A stretch of 64,000 nt of DNA from NCBI GenBank assembly GCA_017397565.1, contig JAFQIL010000027.1:3481-67480 (forward strand), read 5' to 3'. A program made the translations under genes and the position numbers. This document shows positions 10,137 to 19,716 of the stretch, piece by piece; within the stretch, counting starts at the first letter, position 1; each line of letters opens with the position of its first letter. This DNA is from Oscillospiraceae bacterium. GTDB lineage: Bacteria > Bacillota > Clostridia > Oscillospirales > Oscillospiraceae. A model generated the notes under the pieces. It was not told the DNA's origin. It ran no database searches and was given only the letters and a program-made list of their open reading frames with translations.

Positions 10137-11932
10137 GAAACGTCACTCCCTTGGGCAATGGATTTCGTAATTGAGTAGATCCGGCAGTCACCTTCGCCCG
10201 TGATCTTGATGCGCATATAGTCGCTTCTCCTTGGGTGGATGGGGATAGAAAAACTTCTAAGGCTTGTCCCCGTAATGGTGTAGATAGGATGCCAGGAAGT
10301 TTCCATGTCGTACTGCACCCATACCGTAGCTTTTGCGCCGATCTCCATGGACATCCTTATCACCATGCGGCACAGATATTTCATGTCCGGCAAGGAAAGT
10401 CCGATCTCTCCTGTTTGTGCCATCCACTTTACCTTGTCTTCAGTAGCGATCTCCGATCCCACTAAGGTTACGATTTTCCCGTCTGCAAGCCCGTAAAGAA
10501 ACTCATTGCAGCTGCACATCTGCGTAAGGTTTATGTTGTCTTCCCGGTGCCACAAGCCTTTTCCGAGGTCATAAACGAACAAACTCCTGTCATTGCCGGA
10601 TGCCATAGACACATAGTATTTCCGGTTATGAGAAGCCGCTACCGCACCGTGGTAGTTTACCTCGCCCAGTACAGAGGATATCTCTACCGGAAGCGACCCG
10701 TCATACACGCAAATGCCGTTCCGGGACTTATACAGAAGCTTTTCATCCACGATAGCAAGGCTCTTGTGACAATCCCTTTGCACGCCTCGACATTGGGTGG
10801 TCTGCATCTGATAGTTGGCGGGATAGCTGCCGTAGACCTTGTGCAGCCAATTCTCCTTGAAAAATACGGGATAGCCAAGGTGCGTCACCGCTCCGGTAAA
10901 AGCGCCGTCTGTGCCTACGGAGACCGCGTAAGAGTCTGTTGAGATTCCCTGATAGCAATACCAGTTCTTAAAATCGCCAAGCTTGCAGGCGTAGATTTCG
11001 TTTACCGTCTTTCCGTCCACAGTTCCGTACTTACAGCCCCACAGGCGGTTATTGGACTCCGTCACAAAGTCCATGTCCGGCATTTTTCGCTCCACACTGA
11101 TTTCATTCGTAATAGACACCGGTCTTTTCAATACACCGTTGATCACAAAGCTGTCCTGTGTCACAATTTCACCGTTTCCGTCCCTTGTAACGTCCGGGAT
11201 CGCCAAGATCACACAAGTGCCGCTAAGGTCTGCCAGCATCTGCTGATCTTCCAGTAAAGCACCGTCTTCTGCGTCTGCATCGATCAGATCGCCACCGTCC
11301 AGCCCGCCCAAAAACACGCCGTCACCTACGGAGAATGGATTGGCAATGCCCGGTGCTGATATCTTGATGTAAGGTGTCATGCTGACCCATGTCCCGGCGC
11401 TTTCGGAGTATTGCATCAATGCGTTGGGCGTTACCGAGGTGTCGACCCAGTATCCGGTTTGCTCCTCCGGGGCTTCATCTTTCGGCGTTGCCGCGATCTC
11501 CGTGCCATCCTGTCTGCACAGGCTGAATCGCACCTTGCCTGCAGTCTTTTGCACCGCCGCGATAGCGCCTTTGTCGCTGTGAACCTCTGTGTTTATGTAT
11601 TTCCCGTCCGGAAATATCACCGCATAAGCGCCCATGGAAATCACAGTCTTTTCACCGTCTGTCAGACCCAAGTCTATCGATTTTTCGCCAATCACAAAAG
11701 CGCTTCCATCGACATAGCAAAGGTTTGTTTTTTCGATCAAACCGCTGACGTTTTGAGCATCTTCCTTAAATATTCCCCTTTTCTTCCGGGGAGCCAGTAC
11801 CGGAGCGTGGTCTGAGGTCATGTTCTCCATATCGAAAAACTCATTCTCTCCGATCCGAAGATTATGGTTGTAGCCCCCGAAGTTGTCGATCATGCTTCTT
11901 GCTCTGCTGACAGAGTTCAGAAACGGATACAT
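10133..11932 (-). CDS. Tail tubular/stabilisation protein (podovirus nozzle-like)
   Basis: About 599 aa, beta-rich (start MYPFLN at 11932), follows the adaptor gene; NNRLWGC and IYACKLGDFKNW motifs. Confidence 0.6.
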   Translation of the reverse strand: MYPFLNSVSRARSMIDNFGGYNHNLRIGENEFFDMENMTSDHAPVLAPRKKRGIFKEDAQNVSGLIEKTNLCYVDGSAFVIGEKSIDLGLTDGEKTVISMGAYAVIFPDGKYINTEVHSDKGAIAAVQKTAGKVRFSLCRQDGTEIAATPKDEAPEEQTGYWVDTSVTPNALMQYSESAGTWVSMTPYIKISAPGIANPFSVGDGVFLGGLDGGDLIDADAEDGALLEDQQMLADLSGTCVILAIPDVTRDGNGEIVTQDSFVINGVLKRPVSITNEISVERKMPDMDFVTESNNRLWGCKYGTVDGKTVNEIYACKLGDFKNWYCYQGISTDSYAVSVGTDGAFTGAVTHLGYPVFFKENWLHKVYGSYPANYQMQTTQCRGVQRDCHKSLAIVDEKLLYKSRNGICVYDGSLPVEISSVLGEVNYHGAVAASHNRKYYVSMASGNDRSLFVYDLGKGLWHREDNINLTQMCSCNEFLYGLADGKIVTLVGSEIATEDKVKWMAQTGEIGLSLPDMKYLCRMVIRMSMEIGAKATVWVQYDMETSWHPIYTITGTSLRSFSIPIHPRRSDYMRIKITGEGDCRIYSITKSIAQGSDVS

Positions 11933-11936
11933 ACCA

Positions 11937-12308
11937 TCAACCTCCCCAGTGGAAATCGTTATGTCCAGCCAGCGGCATATGGGTTCGCGTATACCACCTG
12001 GCGTAATCTTCAAATTCCTTGTTGTAAAGCAGAACCGCATTGTTGTAATCGTCATACTCCTTGTTGAGAAGATGCACCTGCGCTTCCAACCACCAAACAT
12101 ATGCCGTGCTGTATGGCTCCGGTATTAACAGTTCCGCGTCTTCTGTGCCATATCCCGGAAACTCCGTGATGGCAGGGTTCTCATGGGTCTTTATGATCTG
12201 CTGAAATACCCGCTGATCCACCCTTTCCAGCCATTTGACCTTCTGCTCCGTGTCTACGGTGTTAAATTGTCTCGCGTCAAATTCCGCGATTGCATCCATT
12301 AGCTTCAT
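11937..12308 (-). CDS. Head-tail adaptor-like protein
   Basis: 123 aa with an LLIPEPY..AY motif, downstream of the capsid gene. Confidence 0.55.
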   Translation of the reverse strand: MKLMDAIAEFDARQFNTVDTEQKVKWLERVDQRVFQQIIKTHENPAITEFPGYGTEDAELLIPEPYSTAYVWWLEAQVHLLNKEYDDYNNAVLLYNKEFEDYARWYTRTHMPLAGHNDFHWGG

Positions 12309-12353
12309 AGCTTTCTCCCTTCGAAAAAAGGGGAGCCAGTTGCTCCCCTTGTC

Positions 12354-12599
12354 TTACGGTCTGGTTTTGGCTGCCTGTTCCAGCATATATTCGATCCGGG
12401 CATCCAGGGCTGCCTGGGCCTTCTGAGACCGTTCGCACTCTGCCTTCACCTCGGGCGGTACCAAAGAGGTCTTGCCCCGGGGAAGAATGTACTTCTTGCC
12501 GTTGATTCCGATGATAAAATTCGTCTCTTCGTTTGCTGCACCGCGGGGAATAAACACCTCTACGCGGCCATCAGCCTTTTTTTCAGTCTTCTGTTCCAT
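12354..12599 (-). CDS. Small phage protein downstream of the capsid gene
   Basis: 81-aa ORF with GGAGG RBS and INGKKYILPRG motif. Confidence 0.6.
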   Translation of the reverse strand: MEQKTEKKADGRVEVFIPRGAANEETNFIIGINGKKYILPRGKTSLVPPEVKAECERSQKAQAALDARIEYMLEQAAKTRP

Positions 12600-12620
12600 A
12601 TTGTCCTCCTGTTTGTGTGT

Positions 12621-12640
12621 GGGGGCGGGAGCCCGCCCCC
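12621..12640 (-). terminator. GC hairpin after the major capsid gene
   Basis: GGGGGCGGG-AG-CCCGCCCCC inverted repeat just after the capsid stop; no clear U-tract. Confidence 0.45.
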
Positions 12641-12647
12641 GGCGTAA

Positions 12648-13775
12648 TTAACCAAAGGTGTAAACGCCCTCGTAGTTCGTTTCGTCAATGCCGCTGTAAG
12701 AAGAACAGCTCATGACCCGCAGAATCCGCTCGGTGTACAGCACGGTAGCGCCATTGGTTTCCAGCTTGTAGCCGACGGTGCTGAACTGATTCAGAGGACC
12801 GCCGATCTCATCCTTATCGTGGATGATCATCTCCAGCGCACCGCCCTCGGGATCGATGATGCCAAAAGATTCTTTGCCGAAGAAGAAAGTTGCGTAAGTC
12901 ATAGTGCCGGCCTTGTTCACATAAGCACCGCCCAGAACGGGTGCAAAGACATTTTCAATGAACCGGCAGCCGTGGAGCTCACCGATCTCGCCGTTGTAGA
13001 TTTCCTCGGGAGATGCGTACTTGTGAGCCTCGACCCAAGCATCGGACTTACGCAGATCGTAAGCCACGGAGGGATGGATGACGGCATAGTACTTGCCGTT
13101 AATGGTGGGAACGCGATCCTTCTTCAAGATCGTTACGGCCTTGGCAACCATATCAGGAGTCAGCACTGCCATAACAGTGTCAGAAGCCTCCATCAGGTTG
13201 CAATCAGTGGGAGTAGCGCCGGACTTTGCACCGGTAGCCAGGGTGATGTTGTCGCAGTAGAGCACATTGGTGTTGACCAGCAGAGCATCCCGGATCAAGG
13301 TCTCCTGGGTCTCTGCGGCGGAAGCGCCCATCTCCTCGGTAGCGCCCAGGATCACGGGATCATAGGCCCGCAGCTCCAGCTTGTCAGAGATGGTGGCGTA
13401 AGTACCGTACTGCTTGATTACGCCGGTCTTGGAGCTCATGCCGAACTTCTGACCGGTCGGAATGACACCTTCCTGCAGTTCGGTAGCCTTGTCGAAGGTG
13501 TTCCACTTACGCCACTCCACGGTAGTACCGCGGCCCTTGGGCAGGGGCTGCCGCTTGGCGAACTGGGCGTAATACATATCGATCCGGGCGTTCTCCAGCA
13601 GCTCGGTGTCGTAGAACACCTTCATCTCACCGGAGAGGGTGTTCTTTTCATCAAAGGGAGTTGCCGCACCGGTATGTGCGTTGACATAGTTTTGTGTGGT
13701 GTTCACCAGAGTGCCGGCCTCAGCAAACAGCTGCAGGTTCAGCATGGCGAACAGGATGGAATAAATCTTCTTCAT
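12648..13775 (-). CDS. Major capsid protein (N4-gp56-like family)
   Basis: LQEGVIPTG, IHPSVAYDL, GEIGELHGCRFIE and GGPLNQFSTVGYK motifs; start MKKIYSILFAMLNLQLFA. Confidence 0.88.
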   Translation of the reverse strand: MKKIYSILFAMLNLQLFAEAGTLVNTTQNYVNAHTGAATPFDEKNTLSGEMKVFYDTELLENARIDMYYAQFAKRQPLPKGRGTTVEWRKWNTFDKATELQEGVIPTGQKFGMSSKTGVIKQYGTYATISDKLELRAYDPVILGATEEMGASAAETQETLIRDALLVNTNVLYCDNITLATGAKSGATPTDCNLMEASDTVMAVLTPDMVAKAVTILKKDRVPTINGKYYAVIHPSVAYDLRKSDAWVEAHKYASPEEIYNGEIGELHGCRFIENVFAPVLGGAYVNKAGTMTYATFFFGKESFGIIDPEGGALEMIIHDKDEIGGPLNQFSTVGYKLETNGATVLYTERILRVMSCSSYSGIDETNYEGVYTFG

Positions 13776-13825
13776 AATTGTTTTCTCCTTTTCCTCAATA
13801 ATTGATGTTGAGGGGAGAAACGGAG

Positions 13826-14839
13826 TCATCTCTGACCGGGATATACCTTTTCTCCCCTTGCGTCAGCGTCAAAGATCCGCTTTTTAAGAGCTGCTCTTTG
13901 CTCTTTGCTGGCGTGTCTGTAATCGAATGTACTGGTGGAGGGAGCCATACCCGAAATGCCGTTTTCTCCGGGAATCTGTGACCCGGACTGGATGGCGTTG
14001 GAGATCTTTTGGGCAGTCTGCTGTGCGGCGGCTTGTACCGCTGCCTTGTGCAGCTCGTCATAGTGAATTGCATTGTAGGCCTGCTGGATCGTCAATCCGA
14101 CACCGGGCGCAGTCATCCGCACAAAGGCTGGATTCTGCATTTCCGCACGCAGATCGAACTGCGGCACTGTCTTCTTGAATTCCTCAGCCTGCTGCTCAAG
14201 CTTCTGAAGGTGCTGATCGTACATCTGCTGCTGGATAGTTCGGTTCTCCTCTGCCTTGCGCCGCTTCTCGTTGATCTCGTGCTGCTCCAGCTTGCGGACC
14301 GTAGCTACATCCAGCCCCTTTTCCTCTGCGATCTTGGCGTAGTAAGAATCGTCCTGTTGAATTGCTTTCGAAATTGCCTCATAATCCAGCTGTTCAACAT
14401 CCAATCCGAATCTGCTTGCCATGATCTCCAAGGCAGGGGTAAGCTTCTGTAAGGCATCCTGAGCCTGTCCCGCTTCACGCAGGCGGCCCTTGATAACACC
14501 CTGCATCTGCTTGTTGTATTCCGGGTCTGCCATGATCTCATCCCAGGACATCCTGGTTGCTTTCGGTGTATCTTCCTCCGTGGGCTTGGTTTCCGCAGCG
14601 GCGACCTGCTGTTCTTCCTGTTTGGCAGCAGGCTGTGCCTGTGCCTTTGTAGGAAGGTTATACGCCCGTTTTCTGATCTTGGACTCAGGAACGCCCAATT
14701 CCCGCAGTCTCTGGTGCCCGTCGTCGGCACGGTTTTCGACCGTTGCGGCTCCTTCTCCTGCGTTGCCACCGTCGCCGACGCCTCCGGAAGCGCCTTCACC
14801 GGCAAACAGCTGAAGGTTGAGCCATTTTTCAAATTTCAT
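13826..14839 (-). CDS. Capsid scaffolding protein
   Basis: 337-aa charged/helical ORF just upstream of the capsid gene; N-terminal LNLQLFA motif. Confidence 0.75.
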   Translation of the reverse strand: MKFEKWLNLQLFAGEGASGGVGDGGNAGEGAATVENRADDGHQRLRELGVPESKIRKRAYNLPTKAQAQPAAKQEEQQVAAAETKPTEEDTPKATRMSWDEIMADPEYNKQMQGVIKGRLREAGQAQDALQKLTPALEIMASRFGLDVEQLDYEAISKAIQQDDSYYAKIAEEKGLDVATVRKLEQHEINEKRRKAEENRTIQQQMYDQHLQKLEQQAEEFKKTVPQFDLRAEMQNPAFVRMTAPGVGLTIQQAYNAIHYDELHKAAVQAAAQQTAQKISNAIQSGSQIPGENGISGMAPSTSTFDYRHASKEQRAALKKRIFDADARGEKVYPGQR

Positions 14840-14914
14840 CGAGTAAAGCCTCCGCTAATAATCTGCCGCTAAAGGGGCGGCGAGTCCCTATATAATGCCT
14901 TTTGGCTTATATAC

Positions 14915-15238
14915 TTACTGTCTTACCTCGTAGGTAAGGTTTTCCGGATAGTATGTCTGCAACATTTCAAATCCTGTACAGACCGTATCAAAGATCAATG
15001 TCGTAACACTCTTCATCCGTGTGATCGGGACACAGCTTAGCTCAGCGTCGCCCTCTTGCAGCTTGATGATGGGTGACTTTGCGCTTTCCTGGGTGTAAAG
15101 GGTCCCGATGTTACCTGCCAGTGTGTACACCAGCGCAGAGGCCGCAGCGCAAACCAGGTCATGCCCGGATTCCCCGCTGTGGGCATGGCCGGTCACCGTT
15201 ACCCTGTGGTATTTTCTGTTATAGATAACCTCGATCAT
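14915..15238 (-). CDS. prp: Prp-family (ribosomal-processing) cysteine protease, phage-encoded
   Basis: GHA....G.DLVCAAASAL catalytic His/Cys motif; 107 aa. Confidence 0.85.
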   Translation of the reverse strand: MIEVIYNRKYHRVTVTGHAHSGESGHDLVCAAASALVYTLAGNIGTLYTQESAKSPIIKLQEGDAELSCVPITRMKSVTTLIFDTVCTGFEMLQTYYPENLTYEVRQ

Positions 15239-15241
15239 GCC

Positions 15242-17134
15242 TTAACCTCCTTTCACCTGTGCTCCGTCGGGCTGTGAGGCGTTCTGTGACCGCTCCCGGG
15301 CGTTACGCACGATTCCGTGCTCTTTCTTCTGAATACCGCTGACATTGTCTGCCTGCGTCACGGTAGGCTGTGGGGCAAACTGCTGCGCAGCCTCTCCCAT
15401 CACCCGCACCATGTCCTGATAGATCATCTGCTGCATCATGGGATCTGTTGCCATGCCCATTGCCATCTGCAGATATTTCATAAGCATTTGGTGCATTGTG
15501 CCCATCTGTGCGATGCGCTGCATGATGGTGTCCTTTTCGTCGAAGTCCATCATCTCCAGGCACATCAGGCTTTGGTCCGTCATTTGGGGATTGAAGAAGC
15601 CCATTTGGAAAAACTGCAAGGCGAGCTCGTTCTGACTGACCTTTGTATAGACACTCTTCTTTTGCGCAGAGATCTTGATATCGAACACAGGAAGTCTAAA
15701 GCCCATGTCCTGACCGAATGCGTTGCCTTGGTGCTGTGGCTTGATCCCTGCGTTGGAGTAGCTGGTAAACTGCTCCATACCCATCTGCCCTACGATCCGG
15801 AACTGCCGGGGGATGTCATATCTCTCCCGGATCAGCTCGATGCACATCTCCACAACCTGGCTGTATGCCCGGTAGGAACTTTTCGTGCTGTCCCGGCTGC
15901 CCTTGCCGCTGGCCTCCTGAAGCGCTGCGATGGCGGAAGCAGCTGTTACACCGGAAGCGCCTGTTCCTGTGGCGGTTTCCGTATTGCCGCTGGTCTGCCG
16001 AAGCTCGTCAATGGTCTGTTCCAGCACAGATATGTAGTTACCATCCAGTGAGTTATGCTCTACCCGCCGCAAGGAGGCTTCGTCCACATTGCCCTGCACG
16101 TGAACGATTGGCTTGTCCATATCCAGGAACTCGTCCTCGTTGACGTTGCCATCCTTCCTTGCGAAATATCTCGGCACCGCGCCAACTCGTGCGTTCTTCA
16201 CATAGGCTGTCTTTAATAGATCGATCTCCGTCTGCGGATTGCGGCACAGATCCACATAGCCGTAGCCGCAGGGAGATCCTTCCACGGGGAACAGTGCATC
16301 AAATACGAAGGGGAACTTACCATGGTCGTACAGGCCTCTCTGTGCCCTCTTAGGGTCATTCTCTGTGGCGTACAGAACCACATCGTCCACAAACTTGACG
16401 TAGTGCAACACTTTCTTGGGGCCTGCATACTTGTGGTAGTAGGCATCTATCACAGTAGCCTTGTCGCTGGTATCCACCGCGTCGTCATACAGGAACTTTG
16501 TAGACACAAACCCGGTACTCTTCAGCTTCCCTGCCAGATCCGGATAACGCTCCATCAGCGCATCCTTGTCGTGCAGCTCTGTGTGGAAGAAGTAACGGCT
16601 CTTCTGAATATCCGTAACACCCGGCTCCCAGTATATATTCAGCAAGGACACTCTCTCGATGCTGATATCGCCAAGGCCGTTCAGCTTCGACTGATCCCAC
16701 ACGACCTTGTAAACACCGGTGCCGGTCTTCAGCTTTTGCCACATCACATCGTTGTATGTGGCCTCAAAGTTGTTCTGCTCAAGCACACAGGGGACGATGT
16801 CAGAAAGCTTCTGTGCCTCCTGTTTGTCCTGTTCCTCTCGGGGTAAGATGTTCGGCTCAGGGTATGCCTCGATGGCATCTGCGTGCTTGGATGTGATCAC
16901 ATTGTGCAGCCAGCCTGATTTGCTTTGGAAACCCTTGCCGGAGGTAACACCTTCTTTCTGGATCTCCGTGTCATTGCGCAGCTTCCACCAGTTCTCGCTG
17001 GCGAGAATCCGCTGCTCCGTCCGTGCCTTGCCGGACTTATATTTTTCCAAAACCGCCAGCAGCTGCTTGGTCTGCTCTTTTCCAACAGGAGCAGCCGCTT
17101 TCTGCTGCGGTGCTGTCTCTTTCTGAAACTCCAT
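15242..17134 (-). CDS. Portal protein
   Basis: 630 aa directly after the terminase; GTGVYKVVWD and GVTAASAIAALQE motifs of P22-like portals. Confidence 0.85.
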   Translation of the reverse strand: MEFQKETAPQQKAAAPVGKEQTKQLLAVLEKYKSGKARTEQRILASENWWKLRNDTEIQKEGVTSGKGFQSKSGWLHNVITSKHADAIEAYPEPNILPREEQDKQEAQKLSDIVPCVLEQNNFEATYNDVMWQKLKTGTGVYKVVWDQSKLNGLGDISIERVSLLNIYWEPGVTDIQKSRYFFHTELHDKDALMERYPDLAGKLKSTGFVSTKFLYDDAVDTSDKATVIDAYYHKYAGPKKVLHYVKFVDDVVLYATENDPKRAQRGLYDHGKFPFVFDALFPVEGSPCGYGYVDLCRNPQTEIDLLKTAYVKNARVGAVPRYFARKDGNVNEDEFLDMDKPIVHVQGNVDEASLRRVEHNSLDGNYISVLEQTIDELRQTSGNTETATGTGASGVTAASAIAALQEASGKGSRDSTKSSYRAYSQVVEMCIELIRERYDIPRQFRIVGQMGMEQFTSYSNAGIKPQHQGNAFGQDMGFRLPVFDIKISAQKKSVYTKVSQNELALQFFQMGFFNPQMTDQSLMCLEMMDFDEKDTIMQRIAQMGTMHQMLMKYLQMAMGMATDPMMQQMIYQDMVRVMGEAAQQFAPQPTVTQADNVSGIQKKEHGIVRNARERSQNASQPDGAQVKGG

Positions 17135-17143
17135 AAGCGCCTC

Positions 17144-18619
17144 CTACATGCGTTTCTTAAGCTGATCCAGCGGGTCACTGAGGATCGTCCGCTTCTCCAC
17201 CGGCCTCAGCGGCTCTATGGGGCGGGACATACACATATACCGCCATTCGTCGGCAATGTGATCCTCCAGTTTGCTGTCCAGGTCTTCCGGTTTTGTCTGG
17301 TCATACATCATCAGAGGGATAGTACGAATGAATCCCTTGCAGTTGTCGAATACATACATCCGGGCAAAGCCGTTCTCGTCAAACTGCAGCCGGTAATGGC
17401 ATTGCATCCATCCGGGAATCCGCTCATGATCGCCGGGCGTGAAGTACACCCCATACTTAATCGCAGTGTCCGCAATGCTCTCGCCCCGGGAGCTGTCCCA
17501 AATTGCCGGGTCTGCCACGCCCAGGATATCCCTGCCCTTTAACCATGGGTGTGTGCGCTCTACCTTAGCGATCTCTTCAAACTGCTTGTCCGGTGTCCAC
17601 TTAACACCCTCGTTGGGGACATTGGTACAGCCGTACATCTCCATGATCCGGTAGATCACGCCGTCATAGTCAACAGCCCACCAGGCACAGCTGAAGGGCT
17701 TTGCATAACCAAAGTCATAAGACCTGTAGATCGTCCAGCCTCTGCGAGAGCCGCTGTTCATGTCAAACGCAGGGATTACGTGTGTCCATCTGCCTTGTTC
17801 CTTGGCTTCCTGTGTTGTGATCCCCGCCTCTTTGCACTTTGCTGCATCCGGCTCTGTGCGGAATTCCGTGAAATACTGCCCTTCGAATGTGTCCCAGTCG
17901 CCATATAGTAGGGCATTTCGCTCCTTCTCCGGCAGTAGCGCCAAAGAACCAAGGTAATCCGGGTTGTCTTCCAGCAGCGCCTTGTTGTCGAATACCGTGG
18001 CGGGAATGAATACCCTGTCCCGCTTGATGGTCTTTGTGGTGCCGTCCGGCATCTTCACATCCACCATTTCCACAATGGTCTCCCCGGGCGCTGCCGCATC
18101 GATAAACCTTTGCTTCACCCAACCGTGCCCCACACCGCCGGGGTTCGTGGTGGCTCTTATGTAGCATCGGGTCTTGTGGATGCTCTTAGGCTTCTTGGAG
18201 GGTCTGTTCCGGGAGAACATGTAGCTGTATTCATCCCAGGTAAAGTGCGTCAGCTCGTCAAATCCAATAAAGTCGTACCGCTTGCCCTGATAATTGGTCT
18301 TATCTTTACTGTGCTGCATAGATCCAAAGAAGATCTTTGCGCCGCTTGGGAATACCCAGCAGTGCTTTGACTCGTTGTACCTTGCTTTAGGGAACGCCAG
18401 TGAATATATCGCAAGGCTTCGGTCTATCAGCTCACTCAGCTGTGGATATGTCTTCCGGAAGATAATTCCACGGTAATGGGGAATGTGTACCTGCCTTAAC
18501 GCCTCCGCTAACAGGGCGTCAGACTTGCCACCACCCGCTGCGCCGCCGTATAGACATTCATACTCCGGCCGTTCCATAAACCGCTGCTGCTTCTCCTGAG
18601 GACTCCATACAACATTCAT
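17144..18619 (-). CDS. terL: Terminase large subunit
   Basis: Walker A YGGAAGGGKS, Walker B FDELTHF, ATTNPGG, nuclease motifs DFGY and EDHIADEWRY. Confidence 0.95.
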   Translation of the reverse strand: MNVVWSPQEKQQRFMERPEYECLYGGAAGGGKSDALLAEALRQVHIPHYRGIIFRKTYPQLSELIDRSLAIYSLAFPKARYNESKHCWVFPSGAKIFFGSMQHSKDKTNYQGKRYDFIGFDELTHFTWDEYSYMFSRNRPSKKPKSIHKTRCYIRATTNPGGVGHGWVKQRFIDAAAPGETIVEMVDVKMPDGTTKTIKRDRVFIPATVFDNKALLEDNPDYLGSLALLPEKERNALLYGDWDTFEGQYFTEFRTEPDAAKCKEAGITTQEAKEQGRWTHVIPAFDMNSGSRRGWTIYRSYDFGYAKPFSCAWWAVDYDGVIYRIMEMYGCTNVPNEGVKWTPDKQFEEIAKVERTHPWLKGRDILGVADPAIWDSSRGESIADTAIKYGVYFTPGDHERIPGWMQCHYRLQFDENGFARMYVFDNCKGFIRTIPLMMYDQTKPEDLDSKLEDHIADEWRYMCMSRPIEPLRPVEKRTILSDPLDQLKKRM

Positions 18620-18622
18620 GGA

Positions 18623-19171
18623 TTAACCTCCTTTAACCGGCGGCAGCAGTACCACACCGGTCTCATCGTCATCATCACTATCCGCCGCAGCCTGCCGCTG
18701 CAGATTGGCGATCCTGGCTTCCTGTTCTCTGCGATCCAACTCAGACTTCAGCATTTGGATCTCCTTCAGATCCTTCAATGCCGCAGTGATCTGCCGCAAA
18801 CCGGAGCGATCGACAATGCCACCCTCTCTGGCTTCCCTATACTCTGTGGTTTCTTCGGTAGTGCCGTTATCTGTTTTGATCTTTCTGGTGACGATGACCA
18901 GATCCAATTCGTTTACGGCCTGATCCAATTTGGTCAATAACTTGTCCGTGATCCCCTCGATTCGGGCCATTTTGTCAGCTGTTTTGTCACTGATTTTGTC
19001 TATGATTTTTGCTTGCGTTTTGCTTGCATTTTGCTGACGGTTGCTTACCCAACCTTCTTTCTTTGCCCTGCGGGCAATTGTGGCCTGATCTAATCCATAT
19101 TTCTGCGCCAGCTTACGGTAACTGGTTTCCGTAGTGATGTATTCTGTTTTGATCTTTTTCCAGTCAGCCAT
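18623..19171 (-). CDS. terS: Terminase small subunit
   Basis: N-terminal HTH (MADWKKIKTEY..SYRKLAQKYG), immediately upstream of terL. Confidence 0.8.
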   Translation of the reverse strand: MADWKKIKTEYITTETSYRKLAQKYGLDQATIARRAKKEGWVSNRQQNASKTQAKIIDKISDKTADKMARIEGITDKLLTKLDQAVNELDLVIVTRKIKTDNGTTEETTEYREAREGGIVDRSGLRQITAALKDLKEIQMLKSELDRREQEARIANLQRQAAADSDDDDETGVVLLPPVKGG

Positions 19172-19264
19172 GCGCCTCCCTCCTGTATACTTTCATCGTA
19201 ACATTCCAATCGTCCCCCCCCTAAAAGCGCAAAAAAGAGGAGGCCGAAGCCTCCCCTTTGTTCC

Positions 19265-19645
19265 TTAGTTGTTGATGTCTATATCAGGCAATGCGGTATA
19301 GAAGTGAACCTTGTAATGATACGGATCAGTTACTGTTCCTGAGATATCCTCTACAACATAAATGACATATTCATTCAGGTATATGTAATTCTTCTTGTAC
19401 TCGCTTGCACCTGTCTTGCAGGTCACAACAAGTTCACTATTGCTGTTGTTGGAAATGCTCATATAACCTTCCATTTCCATGACAATCAAATCTGTTCTGG
19501 CGTTATAGACGGTGATTTTCCGTAAGCACTGGAAGTTGTCTGCTGCTTGTGAGAGATTGCGATTTACATTATCGGCAGCTCTGCAACCAGCAAACATAGT
19601 GACCACCATCACCAAAACCAAAAGAATTGCGAATAACTTTTTCAT
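19265..19645 (-). CDS. Phage lipoprotein
   Basis: Signal peptide with lipobox FAGC; followed by a hairpin at ~19231-19260. Confidence 0.75.
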   Translation of the reverse strand: MKKLFAILLVLVMVVTMFAGCRAADNVNRNLSQAADNFQCLRKITVYNARTDLIVMEMEGYMSISNNSNSELVVTCKTGASEYKKNYIYLNEYVIYVVEDISGTVTDPYHYKVHFYTALPDIDINN

Positions 19646-19716
19646 AATGTTTTCCTCCTAAAATGTAAAGTGTAGTTATAATATCTGTAGCAATATTGAA
19701 AGTTTGCCACAGGATA

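Noticed and set aside
18041-18053. GCCGTCCGGC match to the TR flank inside terL
   Set aside because: Only about 10 bp, opposite orientation, no downstream homology; not a third VR.
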